Origin: Cycloclasticus sp. symbiont of Bathymodiolus heckerae
GTDB taxonomy: Bacteria; Pseudomonadota; Gammaproteobacteria; Methylococcales; Cycloclasticaceae
Assembly (NCBI GenBank): GCA_002101235.1
Contig: LWTL01000117.1
Location: 27,432-91,431, forward strand
Direction: 5' to 3'
Length of the DNA: 64,000 bases
Shown here: positions 1 through 9,963 of the stretch, piece by piece
Numbering within the stretch: the stretch's first letter is position 1
How the letters are laid out: every line of letters starts with the position of its first letter
The notes under the pieces: model-generated
Databases searched by the model: none
What the model was told of the DNA's origin: nothing
The model's input: the letters and a program-made list of their open reading frames with translations, nothing else
Made by a program: the position numbers and the translations under genes

Positions 1-337
1 AAACACCTAAGACAATAAACGATGATTTTTCAACTTCATCTTTTTCAAAGCCGTAGCCAGCATCCCAAATTAGATGCCTAATGCCGTTTGCCAAGTGAAA
101 AAATAATGCAAAAGACCATCCAAATAAAATAAGTCTTCCAAAAAAACCACCCATGAACTCTTGAGCTGACATAAAGGCCTCTTCACCACCGGCTAAAGCC
201 ATTAACCACCAAACTAAAACGATAGTTCCCAATGTTAAAAACGCGCCTGTTCCACGGTGAACGATTGACAGCATCGCTGATAAAGGCAACCTATACACAT
301 CTAAATGTGGTGACAGTGGTCTGTTATTGCTACTCAT
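1..337 (-). CDS. sdhC: Succinate dehydrogenase cytochrome b556 subunit (3' end runs off the window)
   Basis: Manual translation, not in the ORF track: MSSNNRPLSPHLDVYRLPLSAMLSIVHRGTG...FHLANGIRHLIWDAGYG. RPLSPHL, SIVHRGTG and HxxNGIRHL are SdhC motifs. Confidence 0.93.
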   Translation of the reverse strand, partial: MSSNNRPLSPHLDVYRLPLSAMLSIVHRGTGAFLTLGTIVLVWWLMALAGGEEAFMSAQEFMGGFFGRLILFGWSFALFFHLANGIRHLIWDAGYGFEKDEVEKSSFIVLGV

Positions 338-365
338 ATAAACCCTCTTGGTGACAAAATATTAA

Positions 366-527
366 TTAAAAATCTATGCAGCGACCGTTCTTTTCCCAAT
401 CGCCATAACGAGTGGGCTCAAGTCCTTCGCGCCCATTGACTTCTTTTACTAAAGCAGACTTGCTTTCATTGCTTTTTTCAATAACACCATCTTCTGATGT
501 TTTTTTTGTTTCAAGCTCTTTACTCAT
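366..527 (-). CDS. DUF1674 family / SDHAF4 (Sdh8)-like succinate dehydrogenase assembly factor, 53 aa
   Basis: Manual translation: MSKELETKKTSEDGVIEKSNESKSALVKEVNGREGLEPTRYGDWEKNGRCIDF*. The C-terminal EPTRYGDWExxGRCxDF is the DUF1674 signature, and the ORF lies directly upstream of sdhC. Confidence 0.9.
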   Translation of the reverse strand: MSKELETKKTSEDGVIEKSNESKSALVKEVNGREGLEPTRYGDWEKNGRCIDF

Positions 528-673
528 CAAAACAACCCTATATAGAAGCCCGTTAGATTAAAACATCAGTCTTTTATATTCAAGGTGATAGTTGTTTTTT
601 TTGTACTGCAACATAATGAACTTTAGCGGTACAATATTTTATTTTTACACTCTACCGACCAAGACATATAGAT

Positions 674-1531
674 ATGACAACCTTATACGACTTAACGAAC
701 CAAAAAAGCATCATTGCTTTCTCAGGAACAGACGCCGCAACATTCCTACAAGGGCAAACCACCTGCGATGTCTTGAGCTTAAAACCAAATGCAAATACCT
801 TCGGAGCCATTTGCAATCCTAAAGGCAGAGCCATCATTTTGTTTCACTTATTAAAAATGGAAGACTCTTACTATATGGTTCTTTCTAGTGATATGCGTGA
901 GAGCATTATTAAACGCCTAAAAATGTTTGTTTTTCGTTCAAAGGTTACTATTGAAGACCTTTCTAGTCACTATTCTATATGGGGTACAAACAGCCCAAAA
1001 CCCAACTCTATAGAGGCCCTTGCAACAATAAAATACCCAGAAAGTAACAACCTGGCCATGCTATTGCTTTCTAGCGCCAACCTCAAAGAATTAAAAGATT
1101 CTGCAGACATCGTTATGACGAGTGACTGCACTAAATGGCAACAGCTATTAGTAACCGCATGCATACCTGACATAACAAGCAAAGTGAGCGAGTTATTCAT
1201 TCCTCAAATGCTGAATTTAGATGCTTTAGATGGCATTAACTTCCAAAAAGGTTGTTACACAGGGCAAGAAATCATTGCCAGAATGCATTATAAAGGTACT
1301 GTAAAAAAGCGGTTAGTCGCTTACCATTCCACGGCAGCGCACACAGCCAGCGAAGAAATATACACGGCTGAAGACACGAGTAGCGTTGGCACCATATTAA
1401 ACTGCATACCCAGCACAGCAGATTCTTATACGGGGTTACTTGTTTTAAAAGTCACTCACATTAAAGAGCAGCTAACGCTTAAAAATAACACGGTCCTGAG
1501 TATACTAAAATCCCCATATACTTTAGATTAA
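674..1531 (+). CDS. ygfZ: Folate-binding Fe-S cluster/tRNA-modification protein YgfZ
   Basis: GTDAATFLQGQTTCDV N-terminus and the KGCYTGQEIIARMHY signature. Confidence 0.93.
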   Translation: MTTLYDLTNQKSIIAFSGTDAATFLQGQTTCDVLSLKPNANTFGAICNPKGRAIILFHLLKMEDSYYMVLSSDMRESIIKRLKMFVFRSKVTIEDLSSHYSIWGTNSPKPNSIEALATIKYPESNNLAMLLLSSANLKELKDSADIVMTSDCTKWQQLLVTACIPDITSKVSELFIPQMLNLDALDGINFQKGCYTGQEIIARMHYKGTVKKRLVAYHSTAAHTASEEIYTAEDTSSVGTILNCIPSTADSYTGLLVLKVTHIKEQLTLKNNTVLSILKSPYTLD

Positions 1532-2127
1532 GTAATAACTTTAATCTTATGATTTAATAGGTTTTTAAGATCATATGTTAAATCTTCAGTCCGTGAAGAT
1601 TGTGTTGCTAATAACCGCGCTTTTCCTTCGTTATCAAATATAAACACAGCGCCACTGTGCGACACCTCATAATTACCTTCAGCATCTGACTCGCCATAAC
1701 CAAACGTTACTCTATAACGCTTGGTCATTTCTTTGATGATGCGATCTTCACCGCGCAGCCCTATAAATGCCGAACCAAAAACATCGGTATACTTTTTAAG
1801 TTTTTCTGCTGAATCCCTATCAGGATCAACTGAAATGAACAAAACACGTATCTTCGAGCCTGCTGAGTCAATTTCCTTCATGATACCGGATAGCTGATGC
1901 ATGGTCGTTGGGCAAATATCAGGGCACGATGTAAACCCAAAGAATATCGCAACCGTATAACCCAAATAATCTTCTGCCGTTACCGTTTTATTATCTTCAT
2001 CCGTTAACTCAAAACTCAAGTCTGGAATCAAGCCTTTTACATTGGTTAACCGTGTTGGCTCATCTTTACTGCATGCGCTCAGAGCTACTAACAATACCAA
2101 AACGAATATGATATTAACTGCTTTCAT
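1528..2127 (-). CDS. SCO1/SenC family copper chaperone, probable lipoprotein
   Basis: FGFTSCPDICP (CxxxC), ISVDPDRD and a conserved His (VSHSGAVF). Lipobox LSAC after the MKAVN start at 2127; the ORF-track start at 2187 is probably too long. Confidence 0.9.
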   Translation of the reverse strand: MKAVNIIFVLVLLVALSACSKDEPTRLTNVKGLIPDLSFELTDEDNKTVTAEDYLGYTVAIFFGFTSCPDICPTTMHQLSGIMKEIDSAGSKIRVLFISVDPDRDSAEKLKKYTDVFGSAFIGLRGEDRIIKEMTKRYRVTFGYGESDAEGNYEVSHSGAVFIFDNEGKARLLATQSSRTEDLTYDLKNLLNHKIKVIT

Positions 2128-2944
2128 TTGCTTCTCTTTTTTGAAAATTAAGACGACGGCGTAAAACCAAGACCAACCCCAGCACACTCATCATGCTTGC
2201 GGGTATCCATGTAATAATTCCACCATAAATTTGGTCCGACATGGGGCTGATTGGCCACGCGCGGCCGCAGACATCATATACATCGTATATCGCTGTACTA
2301 CTGAGTGTTAAATATGCGCCCAGCAATTGCTGAGGAATAACAACAACCAACATCATAAGAAGGCGCGTCTTAAAACCCTTCCCTTCCCCTTTCCAGTCAG
2401 GGCCTAACACAAGCCACCAGAACAATAACCCATCCAGCAACATTGACCAATTCATTAAATAATACAATTGCTTACTCAGCATCGCCGCAAAATGAATACT
2501 CGGAATAAGCCACAAATAAATCAAACCTACAAATAAAACAGGCGCTATAACAGGATGTTGAAGGAACTTATAAAGTGACTCAAATGGCCATTTAATAAAA
2601 ATAGGGAGCTTAGACCAACGGGGCCACCAACGCGGAAGCCCTCGACGCATCATTTCCATACCGCCCAACACCATCAATAAAGGCCCTAAATGATGCAGAA
2701 TTAGGTGCTGTAAGCGGTGAACCCAAAACATATATTGAGATAAATAATCCACATATGTGTGCGAAACGACATAAATTGATATTAAACCCAGATAAAAACT
2801 AATCGCTTGCCAGTAAAATTTAGCTATTTTATCAACAGCTTGGGTATTAATAATAGCGCAAGTATAAAATACAAAAACACAAAGCCACACCACCACAAAG
2901 ACGGGGGAAAACTCCCAAGGCTGAAAGTACTCGAACAAGGTCAT
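2114..2944 (-). CDS. Caa3-type CtaG-like cytochrome c oxidase assembly membrane protein
   Basis: Multi-TM protein with HRLQHLILHHLGP, WLIPSIH and DQIYGGIITWIP motifs; overlaps the SCO gene. Confidence 0.8.
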   Translation of the reverse strand: MTLFEYFQPWEFSPVFVVVWLCVFVFYTCAIINTQAVDKIAKFYWQAISFYLGLISIYVVSHTYVDYLSQYMFWVHRLQHLILHHLGPLLMVLGGMEMMRRGLPRWWPRWSKLPIFIKWPFESLYKFLQHPVIAPVLFVGLIYLWLIPSIHFAAMLSKQLYYLMNWSMLLDGLLFWWLVLGPDWKGEGKGFKTRLLMMLVVVIPQQLLGAYLTLSSTAIYDVYDVCGRAWPISPMSDQIYGGIITWIPASMMSVLGLVLVLRRRLNFQKREANESS

Positions 2945-3175
2945 GTAGGACTTACATTAAAAAGAGTTTATTATACCTAAAGAGCGAAACTATCGCTGAT
3001 ACAGTCGATCTAGACACTTATATTTTTATCCCAAAAGAGCCCGTAATCAAAATACATTACTAATTAATGATATAGATCATAAAAGCGTTAACGTTTATCT
3101 CAAAAAGTACCTCGTCAAGCTCGGACTTATTATCATTGACGGAACTAAAACCATAATGAAGATCAAGGAAGTAAC

Positions 3176-3772
3176 ATGATTTTGAACCACCTAAACGGCT
3201 CTTTTTTAAATTCAGATAAAGAATGGATTAAAATTCGCGACACAGAATGTAATGTAAAAGACTGCTTAATTAAAAAAGTACTCGTACTCGCTGCTATTCC
3301 CGCCATCTGCGCATTCATTGGTGCTACCCAAACAGGCTGGGATATTGGAGATAGAAGCTTTAAATTTACCGTTGGAAGCACTATTCCTTTAGTTATTGGA
3401 TTTTACTTAGCCTGCGTTTCAGCTATCGCCATTTTAGGCAAAACAATACATTGGATGGCCGACACGTACGGTACTAAAAAAGACCTTGCAACCTGTGTTT
3501 TACTCGCAACGACAGTCGCAACACCTTTACTACTTAGCGGCGTGTTTGCCATTGTTCCTGTTCCTTGGGTCATCTTTCTAACAGGGCTTTTTGCTATTGC
3601 TTACAGCGTATACCTACTTTATACAGGCATACCCATTGTTATGAGCATTAATCCAGAAAAAGGCTTTTTGTTCTCAAGCGCTGTTTTAACCATCGCATTG
3701 GTAACTGTTGTTGGTATTCTTATCGCCACCGTTATTTTATGGGCAATGGGTTTAGCACCCGTACACGTTTAA
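3176..3772 (+). CDS. Yip1 family (YohC-like) inner membrane protein
   Basis: LAAIPAICAFIG.TQ.GW, HWMADTYG, YLLYTGIPIVM.I..EKG pattern; good RBS (AAGGAAG). Confidence 0.85.
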   Translation: MILNHLNGSFLNSDKEWIKIRDTECNVKDCLIKKVLVLAAIPAICAFIGATQTGWDIGDRSFKFTVGSTIPLVIGFYLACVSAIAILGKTIHWMADTYGTKKDLATCVLLATTVATPLLLSGVFAIVPVPWVIFLTGLFAIAYSVYLLYTGIPIVMSINPEKGFLFSSAVLTIALVTVVGILIATVILWAMGLAPVHV

Positions 3773-3784
3773 GGTTTAACGACA

Positions 3785-4314
3785 AGGAATGACTGTTCAG
3801 GTTTTGCTAACACGGCTATAAGGGCCTTTCTTACAAAAGTTGGTGAGCATTTTACCTAGGTCGTTCTTTTAATACCGGCAGCGGTAAAGGCAAAGCCCTT
3901 TGGCTGGCCATTCGCGACAACGACTTTAATGCTTGTTGCGGAGAAAAAAAGCAACTCATTGCAGGTTGAGCATGCCTTAATGTTCAACCGAACAGAATTT
4001 GGACTGGACTACCCTGGCAATACTGTTCCTTGTTGTAAATCTTGTAATAAACGTGAGCGTTTAGACAATAAGTCATATTGCAACTGGGAGCAGCATTTGG
4101 AAAAGTGTTTAAACCCCGTAGCGAAGAACATCTTTTCAACTCAAGAAAAGCAAAAACCTCCGAAAACTTTAAAAAGCATGGTTATCCTCATTTAAACATC
4201 AATGAGCTGCATGCTATTCGTGTTATCGCTGGCAGCCTTTACGAAAACATCAAAGCCGAGTCTGAAAAATCGTTAGAGCTGTACAAACAATTAGATAAGG
4301 CATTTGTTCAATAA
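3785..4314 (+). pseudogene. Frameshifted HNH endonuclease remnant
   Basis: Four consecutive reading-frame segments: ANTAIRAFLTKVGEH / YLGRSFNTGSGKGKALWLAIRDNDFNACCG / LQVEHALMFNRTEFGLDYPGNTVPCCKSCNKRE / YPHLNINELHAIRVIAGSLYENIKAESEKSL. The EH...GN..PCCxxCN pattern is HNH-like. At least 3 frameshifts. Confidence 0.7.
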
Positions 4315-4335
4315 CCTTACTAACTCAGAAAACGT

Positions 4336-5838
4336 TTAGTTTTCTGGGCGCATGTGAGGAAAGAGAATAACATCACGGATAGACGCTGAGTCCGTTAGGA
4401 ACATAACCAAACGGTCTATACCAATACCTTCGCCTGCGGTTGGTGGTAACCCAATCTCTAATGCTCGAATATAATCCGCATCGTAATGCATGGCTTCATC
4501 ATCTCCGGCTTCTTTATCTTCTACTTGCTGTTTGAAACGTTCTGCTTGGTCTTCTGAATCATTCAACTCTGAGAAACCATTCGCCACTTCACGACCACCA
4601 ACGAAAAACTCGAAACGATCGGTTACTGTAGGATCATCATCACTTCTACGCGCAAGTGGAGATACTTCTGTCGGGTATTTTGTAATGAAAGTGGGCTTGT
4701 GTAATTTATCTTCAACTGTCTTTTCGAAAATTTCAATTTGAATTTTACCCAAACCGTAACCGTCTTCAACCGGAATATGTAACCGCTCTGCCACCTCTAA
4801 TGCAGCCTCTCTTGTATTGATGTTTTCGATGGCTAAGTCTTCGTTGTAATGCAAAATAGACTCGACAACGCTCATACGCCTAAACGGTTTACTTAAATCG
4901 TAATCTTCACCTTGGTAATGAACAGTCATTGAACCCAGAACAGATTGCGCCAATGTGCGTAGCATATCTTCGGTTAAGTCCATCAAGTCTTTATAGTCCG
5001 CATACGCTTGATAAAACTCTAGCATCGTGAATTCAGGGTTATGCCGAGTAGACAAGCCTTCGTTACGGAAACTGCGGTTAATTTCAAACACACGTTCAAA
5101 GCCACCAACAACAAGGCGTTTCAAGTACAGTTCTGGTGCAATACGTAAAAACAACTCCATATCTAATGCATTATGGTGTGTTGCGAAAGGCTTCGCCGTT
5201 GCACCACCAGGAATAACGTGCATCATTGGTGTTTCCACTTCCATGAAGTTATTATTTGACAAGTACTGACGAATAAAACCAACCACTTTACTGCGAATTT
5301 TGAAAACATTGCGTGATTTTTCGTTCATGATCAAATCAACATAACGCTGCCGATAGCGCTGCTCTTGATCGGTTAAACCGTGGAATTTTTCAGGCAAGGG
5401 CTGCAATGATTTTGTAAGCAAACGAATAGACGATACGCGAACAGACAGCTCATCTGTTTTTGTTTTAAACAGTACGCCTTCGACAGCAATAATATCGCCA
5501 ATATCCCAACCTTTAAAGGTTTGGTAGTGTCCTTCTGGCAAGGTATCTCGTTGTACAAATAACTGCATACGGCCCGTCATATCTTGCACATGTGCAAAAC
5601 TCGCTTTACCCATGACACGTTTAGCCATAAGGCGGCCTGCTAAAGACACTTTGATGTCCTTTTCAGCTAATGTTTCTTTATCAAATTGATCGTACTCAGC
5701 ATGTAACGCTTCTGAATAATGCTCACGTCTAAAATCATTTGGATAAGCATTGCCTAACTTTTTAATTTCCGCTAGTTTTTCACGACGAACCGCGATTAAT
5801 TTATTTTCGTCTTGTACTTGTTGTTTTTGCTCACTCAT
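4336..5838 (-). CDS. lysS: Lysyl-tRNA synthetase (class II)
   Basis: [38 protein letters not shown] and GIGIDRLVM motifs. Confidence 0.98.
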   Translation of the reverse strand: MSEQKQQVQDENKLIAVRREKLAEIKKLGNAYPNDFRREHYSEALHAEYDQFDKETLAEKDIKVSLAGRLMAKRVMGKASFAHVQDMTGRMQLFVQRDTLPEGHYQTFKGWDIGDIIAVEGVLFKTKTDELSVRVSSIRLLTKSLQPLPEKFHGLTDQEQRYRQRYVDLIMNEKSRNVFKIRSKVVGFIRQYLSNNNFMEVETPMMHVIPGGATAKPFATHHNALDMELFLRIAPELYLKRLVVGGFERVFEINRSFRNEGLSTRHNPEFTMLEFYQAYADYKDLMDLTEDMLRTLAQSVLGSMTVHYQGEDYDLSKPFRRMSVVESILHYNEDLAIENINTREAALEVAERLHIPVEDGYGLGKIQIEIFEKTVEDKLHKPTFITKYPTEVSPLARRSDDDPTVTDRFEFFVGGREVANGFSELNDSEDQAERFKQQVEDKEAGDDEAMHYDADYIRALEIGLPPTAGEGIGIDRLVMFLTDSASIRDVILFPHMRPEN

Positions 5839-6939
5839 TACTTAATTCCACTTTTTAAACTGGCTTCTATAAATTGGTCCAATGCTCCATCGAGCACGGC
5901 CTGCGTATTACCGGTTTCAACACCGGTACGTAAATCTTTAATTCTTGATTGATCTAAAACATAGGATCGAATTTGGCTGCCCCAGCCAATATCCGACTTG
6001 TTTTCTTCTTGCTCTTGCTGATCAACCATCTTCTTTTGCATTTCCAGCTCATACAATTTAGCTTTTAATTGCTTCATCGCTGTTGCTTTGTTTTTGTGCT
6101 GTGAACGATCATTTTGGCACTGTACAACCGTATTGGTTGGTTCATGCGTAATACGTACCGCGGATTCTGTTTTATTAACGTGCTGCCCACCTGCTCCACT
6201 GGCACGGTAGACATCTATGCGTAAATCAGCTGGGTTAATGTCTATTTCAATATCGTCATCAATTTCAGGGGACACAAAAACAGCTGCAAATGATGTATGC
6301 CGGCGATTACCTGAATCAAACGGTGATTTACGGACTAAACGGTGCACACCAATTTCAGTCCTTAACCAACCATAAGCATAATCACCTTGAATGGAAATAG
6401 TCGCGCTTTTAATACCGGCCACATCCCCCGCTGATACTTCTATGAGTTCTGTTTTAAAACCGTGCTGCTCACCCCAACGCAAATACATACGTAAGATCAT
6501 TTCTGCCCAGTCTTGTGCTTCTGTACCACCAGAGCCGGATTGAATTTCTAAAAAAGCACCGTTGGCATCCATTTCGCCAGAAAACATCCGTTGAAACTCA
6601 AGTTTAGCAACCTTTGCTTCAAAACCAGCTAAGTCGTCTGCTATTGTTCCAACCGTTTCATCGTCATCGTCGTCTACCGCCATTTCCAACAAATCTTTGG
6701 CATCGACAAGGCCGCCCGTTAATTCGGTGATGGTGTTAACAACTAATTCTAACTGGCCACGCTCTTTACCTAAGGCTTGAGCATGCGCAGGGTTGTTCCA
6801 TGCTGCAGGGTCTTCAAGCTCTCTTAAAACCTCGACTAAACGCTCATCCTTTGTCTCGAAGTCAAAGGTACCCCCTAAGCGAAACTGTACGCTCAGTAAG
6901 ATCAGCTATTTTATTGGTAATCGGGTTTAACTCGCGCAT
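5838..6939 (-). CDS. prfB: Peptide chain release factor 2 with programmed +1 frameshift
   Basis: ATG at 6939 gives [25 protein letters not shown], then CTT-TGA-C. The +1 frame continues to the GGQ ([13 protein letters not shown]) and SPF motifs. Confidence 0.97.
6861..6876 (-). promoter_or_regulatory. prfB autoregulatory +1 frameshift site
   Basis: Minus strand reads AGGGGG-TAC-CTT-TGA-C: internal Shine-Dalgarno plus the slippery CTT TGA C. Confidence 0.96.
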
Positions 6940-6945
6940 GGTGTT

Positions 6946-7392
6946 CTATTCAGTAGTAACGGGTTCTTCTGCGCCTTGTAGCAAAGCATCAAGCGTATGC
7001 CATGGCAATGTTGCGCATTTCACACGAGCTGGGTATTCACAGACTCCTGCTAAAACCGCTAATTTACCTAAATCATCCATTTCTACATGTTCACCGGTTG
7101 CCATTTTATGGAACAGGCTAAACAGTTTCTGCGCTTCTTCTTCAGTTTGGCCTTTAATCATGTCAGTCATTAAAGATGTTGATGCCGTTGAGATTGCACA
7201 CCCTTGCCCTTGAAAACTAGCATCGCTAATTTTACCGTCAGCGAGCTTTATAAATAAGGTTAAACGATCACCACATAACGGGTTAAAACCATCAATTTGA
7301 CGGTCCGCATCATCCATTTCACGAAAATTTCTAGGGTTTCTGTTGTGATCAAAAATAACTTCTTGATACAAATCTCTTAAATCATCAAGCAT
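6946..7392 (-). CDS. sufU: SUF system NifU-family sulfur-transfer protein SufU
   Basis: NPLCGD, GCAISTAS and RVKCATL; insertion before the third Cys; no LPPVK motif. Confidence 0.92.
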   Translation of the reverse strand: MLDDLRDLYQEVIFDHNRNPRNFREMDDADRQIDGFNPLCGDRLTLFIKLADGKISDASFQGQGCAISTASTSLMTDMIKGQTEEEAQKLFSLFHKMATGEHVEMDDLGKLAVLAGVCEYPARVKCATLPWHTLDALLQGAEEPVTTE

Positions 7393-8639
7393 TAGCCAAA
7401 CATCTCAATTAAGTTTTCTATTCCTGCCATTAAGGCATCCACTTCTTGGTGCGTATTATACATGGCGAAAGAGGCGCGCGCTGTTGCTGGCACACCAAAA
7501 AAATCCATTACAGGCATTGCGCAATGGTGCCCGGCCCTAACTGCAATGCCTTGGTGGTCCATCATCGTGCCAATATCATGCGGATGAATACCATCCAACA
7601 CAAATGACATAATCGCGCCTTTGTTCTCAGCTGTTCCAATAATACGCAGTTTATCGATCTTTTTAGACTGCTCAATTGCATATTCTAAGAGGCTATTTTC
7701 ATGCGCGGCAATCGCATCAATACCAATGTTGTTGATATACTCTATGGCCGCACCTAAACCAATGGTACCCGCAATGTTAGGGGTTCCTGCTTCAAATTTA
7801 TACGGTATTTTGTTGTAAACCGTACTTTCAAACGTCACTACGCTGATCATGTCGCCACCACCTTGATAAGGCGCCATTTGTTCTAGCTGTTCCATTTTGC
7901 CGTATAACGCACCAATACCTGTTGGCGCATATAGCTTATGTCCTGAAAATACATAAAACTCGCAATCTAAAGCTTGTACATCCACAGCAATATGCGGGAT
8001 AGCTTGTGCGCCATCCACAAGAACAGGCACATTATGTTGATGTAACAGATCAATCATTTGCTTTATCGGGTTAATCGTTCCCAATGCGTTAGACATATGC
8101 GAGATAGCAGCAAACTTTGTTTTTTTGCTTACTAGCGCTTCAAATTCTTCAAAAATCAATTCACCTTTATCGTTAATAGGTGCAACTTTTAATTCAGCGC
8201 CCGTCTTTTCGCACAGCATTTGCCACGGTACGATATTGGAGTGGTGCTCCATTGCGGTAATCAGCACTTCATCACCTGCTGATAGTTTTTCTGCAAAAGC
8301 ATTGGCCACTAAATTAATGGCTTCTGTTGCACCGCGTGTAAAAATGATTTCTTTTTCAGTTTCTGCGTTAAGAAACTTTTGAACCGTTTTACGTGCTGTC
8401 TCATACGAGAGTGTTGCACGCTCACTGAGCGTATGTACGCCTCGGTGAATATTGGCATTATCATTTTCGTAATACTGAACAATGCTATCAATAACCGCTT
8501 TCGGCTTTTGGCTGGTCGCTGCATTATCAAGATAGACTAATTGCTTGCCACGTATTTTTTGATCAAGCACTGGAAAGTCTTTACGAATAGCCTCTACATC
8601 ATAAGTATCCATAAAATTAACTGCCTCAGTTATAGCCAT
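7392..8639 (-). CDS. sufS: Cysteine desulfurase SufS
   Basis: LVYLDNAATSQKP, FSGHKLYAPTG and RAGHHCAMP. Start is either 8639 or 8612. Confidence 0.96.
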   Translation of the reverse strand: MAITEAVNFMDTYDVEAIRKDFPVLDQKIRGKQLVYLDNAATSQKPKAVIDSIVQYYENDNANIHRGVHTLSERATLSYETARKTVQKFLNAETEKEIIFTRGATEAINLVANAFAEKLSAGDEVLITAMEHHSNIVPWQMLCEKTGAELKVAPINDKGELIFEEFEALVSKKTKFAAISHMSNALGTINPIKQMIDLLHQHNVPVLVDGAQAIPHIAVDVQALDCEFYVFSGHKLYAPTGIGALYGKMEQLEQMAPYQGGGDMISVVTFESTVYNKIPYKFEAGTPNIAGTIGLGAAIEYINNIGIDAIAAHENSLLEYAIEQSKKIDKLRIIGTAENKGAIMSFVLDGIHPHDIGTMMDHQGIAVRAGHHCAMPVMDFFGVPATARASFAMYNTHQEVDALMAGIENLIEMFG

Positions 8640-9961
8640 TCTACTTTCATTCCTTCTTGAGGGAGTCGTTTAAGTAACTCTTCTAGTACTTTGATTTTTA
8701 AAGGATTAATTTTTATTCTTTCAACCATTTCATTGGCAAATGCAAACGTTAGCATATCTTTCGCCATCTGTTCACTAGCACCGCGAGACCGTAAATAGAA
8801 AATAGCAGCATCATCTAATTGCCCAACCGTCACACCGTGCGCGCACTTCACATCATCCGCATAAATTTCTAACTGTGGCTTACTGTCAATTTCAGAACGA
8901 TCTGATAATAAAAGGTTACGGTTGCTCATTTTCGCGTCCGTTTTTTGAGCATCTTCTGCTACAACAATACGGCCTTGGAAAACACCTTTCGACTTATCGT
9001 TTAAAATGCCTTTATAAAACTCATTACTCACCGCATGTGGCTGCGCATGGTTAACGCGAGTATGGTTATCCATGTGCTGCTGATCTTGACTGATAAATAA
9101 TCCGTCCAAATCACAATCGGATGCCGTACCCAGTTCTGCATGTACTTCACAGCGCGACAACGTAGCGCCAAATGTGTAGTTATACTGTTTAAAGATCGCA
9201 TTGCTGTCTAAACGCGTATATACACCGCCCACATGGTAAGCCTGTAACGATTCAGCTTGTAAACGGCTATGCGCAAGGCGTGCATTCGGCTCAACAACTA
9301 CTTCAGTTATTACATTAGTCAGGTAGCATGTATCTTCAGCGCCGTGATAGGTTTCAATAACACTGGCTTTAGAACCACTTTTAGCAAGAATTAAGTTACG
9401 GCTATTTGATACTGTTAACGCCCCGTCTTTTGACGAGATGAAGGCTAACTGAATCGGCTTTTCAACTTGAACGCCTTCCTTAATCGAAATAACCGCGCCA
9501 TCTGTAAATAAAGCGGTATTAAGGTTAATAAACCCTAATGCTGGTGTTTCCACCACTGAGTCAAATAAAGATCGAATTAATTCTTCGTTTTCAGCAAGGC
9601 CGGTACTGATCGCAGAAACGACAAGACCTTCAGGTAAAGCATCTAGTGACGATAAACCCGCTTGATAGAAACCATCAACAAAGACTAGATGATGGCAGTC
9701 ATCTAGCAATATGCCTTTTAAGAAACTCGCATCTACATCACCAGCTTTATCTGACAAGGTAAATTGTTTCTTCTCAATCGGTGAAATATTCGTGTAACGC
9801 CATTCTTCATCACGTAATGACGGGAAACCACCATCAGCAAACTCTTTTGTTGCTTGAAGACGTAGGCGGTTTAACCAATCTAAGTCTTGACCCGGCAAAT
9901 TGCTTTGCTTAGCTTCCAGTAAACTCGCGTAATGAGCGTTCGATAATTGTGTAACAGGCAT
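8630..9961 (-). CDS. sufD: Fe-S cluster assembly protein SufD
   Basis: RDEEWRYT, KPQLEIYADDVKCAHGVTVG and FYLRSRG motifs. Confidence 0.95.
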   Translation of the reverse strand: MPVTQLSNAHYASLLEAKQSNLPGQDLDWLNRLRLQATKEFADGGFPSLRDEEWRYTNISPIEKKQFTLSDKAGDVDASFLKGILLDDCHHLVFVDGFYQAGLSSLDALPEGLVVSAISTGLAENEELIRSLFDSVVETPALGFINLNTALFTDGAVISIKEGVQVEKPIQLAFISSKDGALTVSNSRNLILAKSGSKASVIETYHGAEDTCYLTNVITEVVVEPNARLAHSRLQAESLQAYHVGGVYTRLDSNAIFKQYNYTFGATLSRCEVHAELGTASDCDLDGLFISQDQQHMDNHTRVNHAQPHAVSNEFYKGILNDKSKGVFQGRIVVAEDAQKTDAKMSNRNLLLSDRSEIDSKPQLEIYADDVKCAHGVTVGQLDDAAIFYLRSRGASEQMAKDMLTFAFANEMVERIKINPLKIKVLEELLKRLPQEGMKVEWL

Positions 9962-9963
9962 AC

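Noticed and set aside
6800-7213. 137-aa plus-strand ORF spanning prfB/sufU
   Set aside because: Entirely antisense to two conserved genes; no protein signature.
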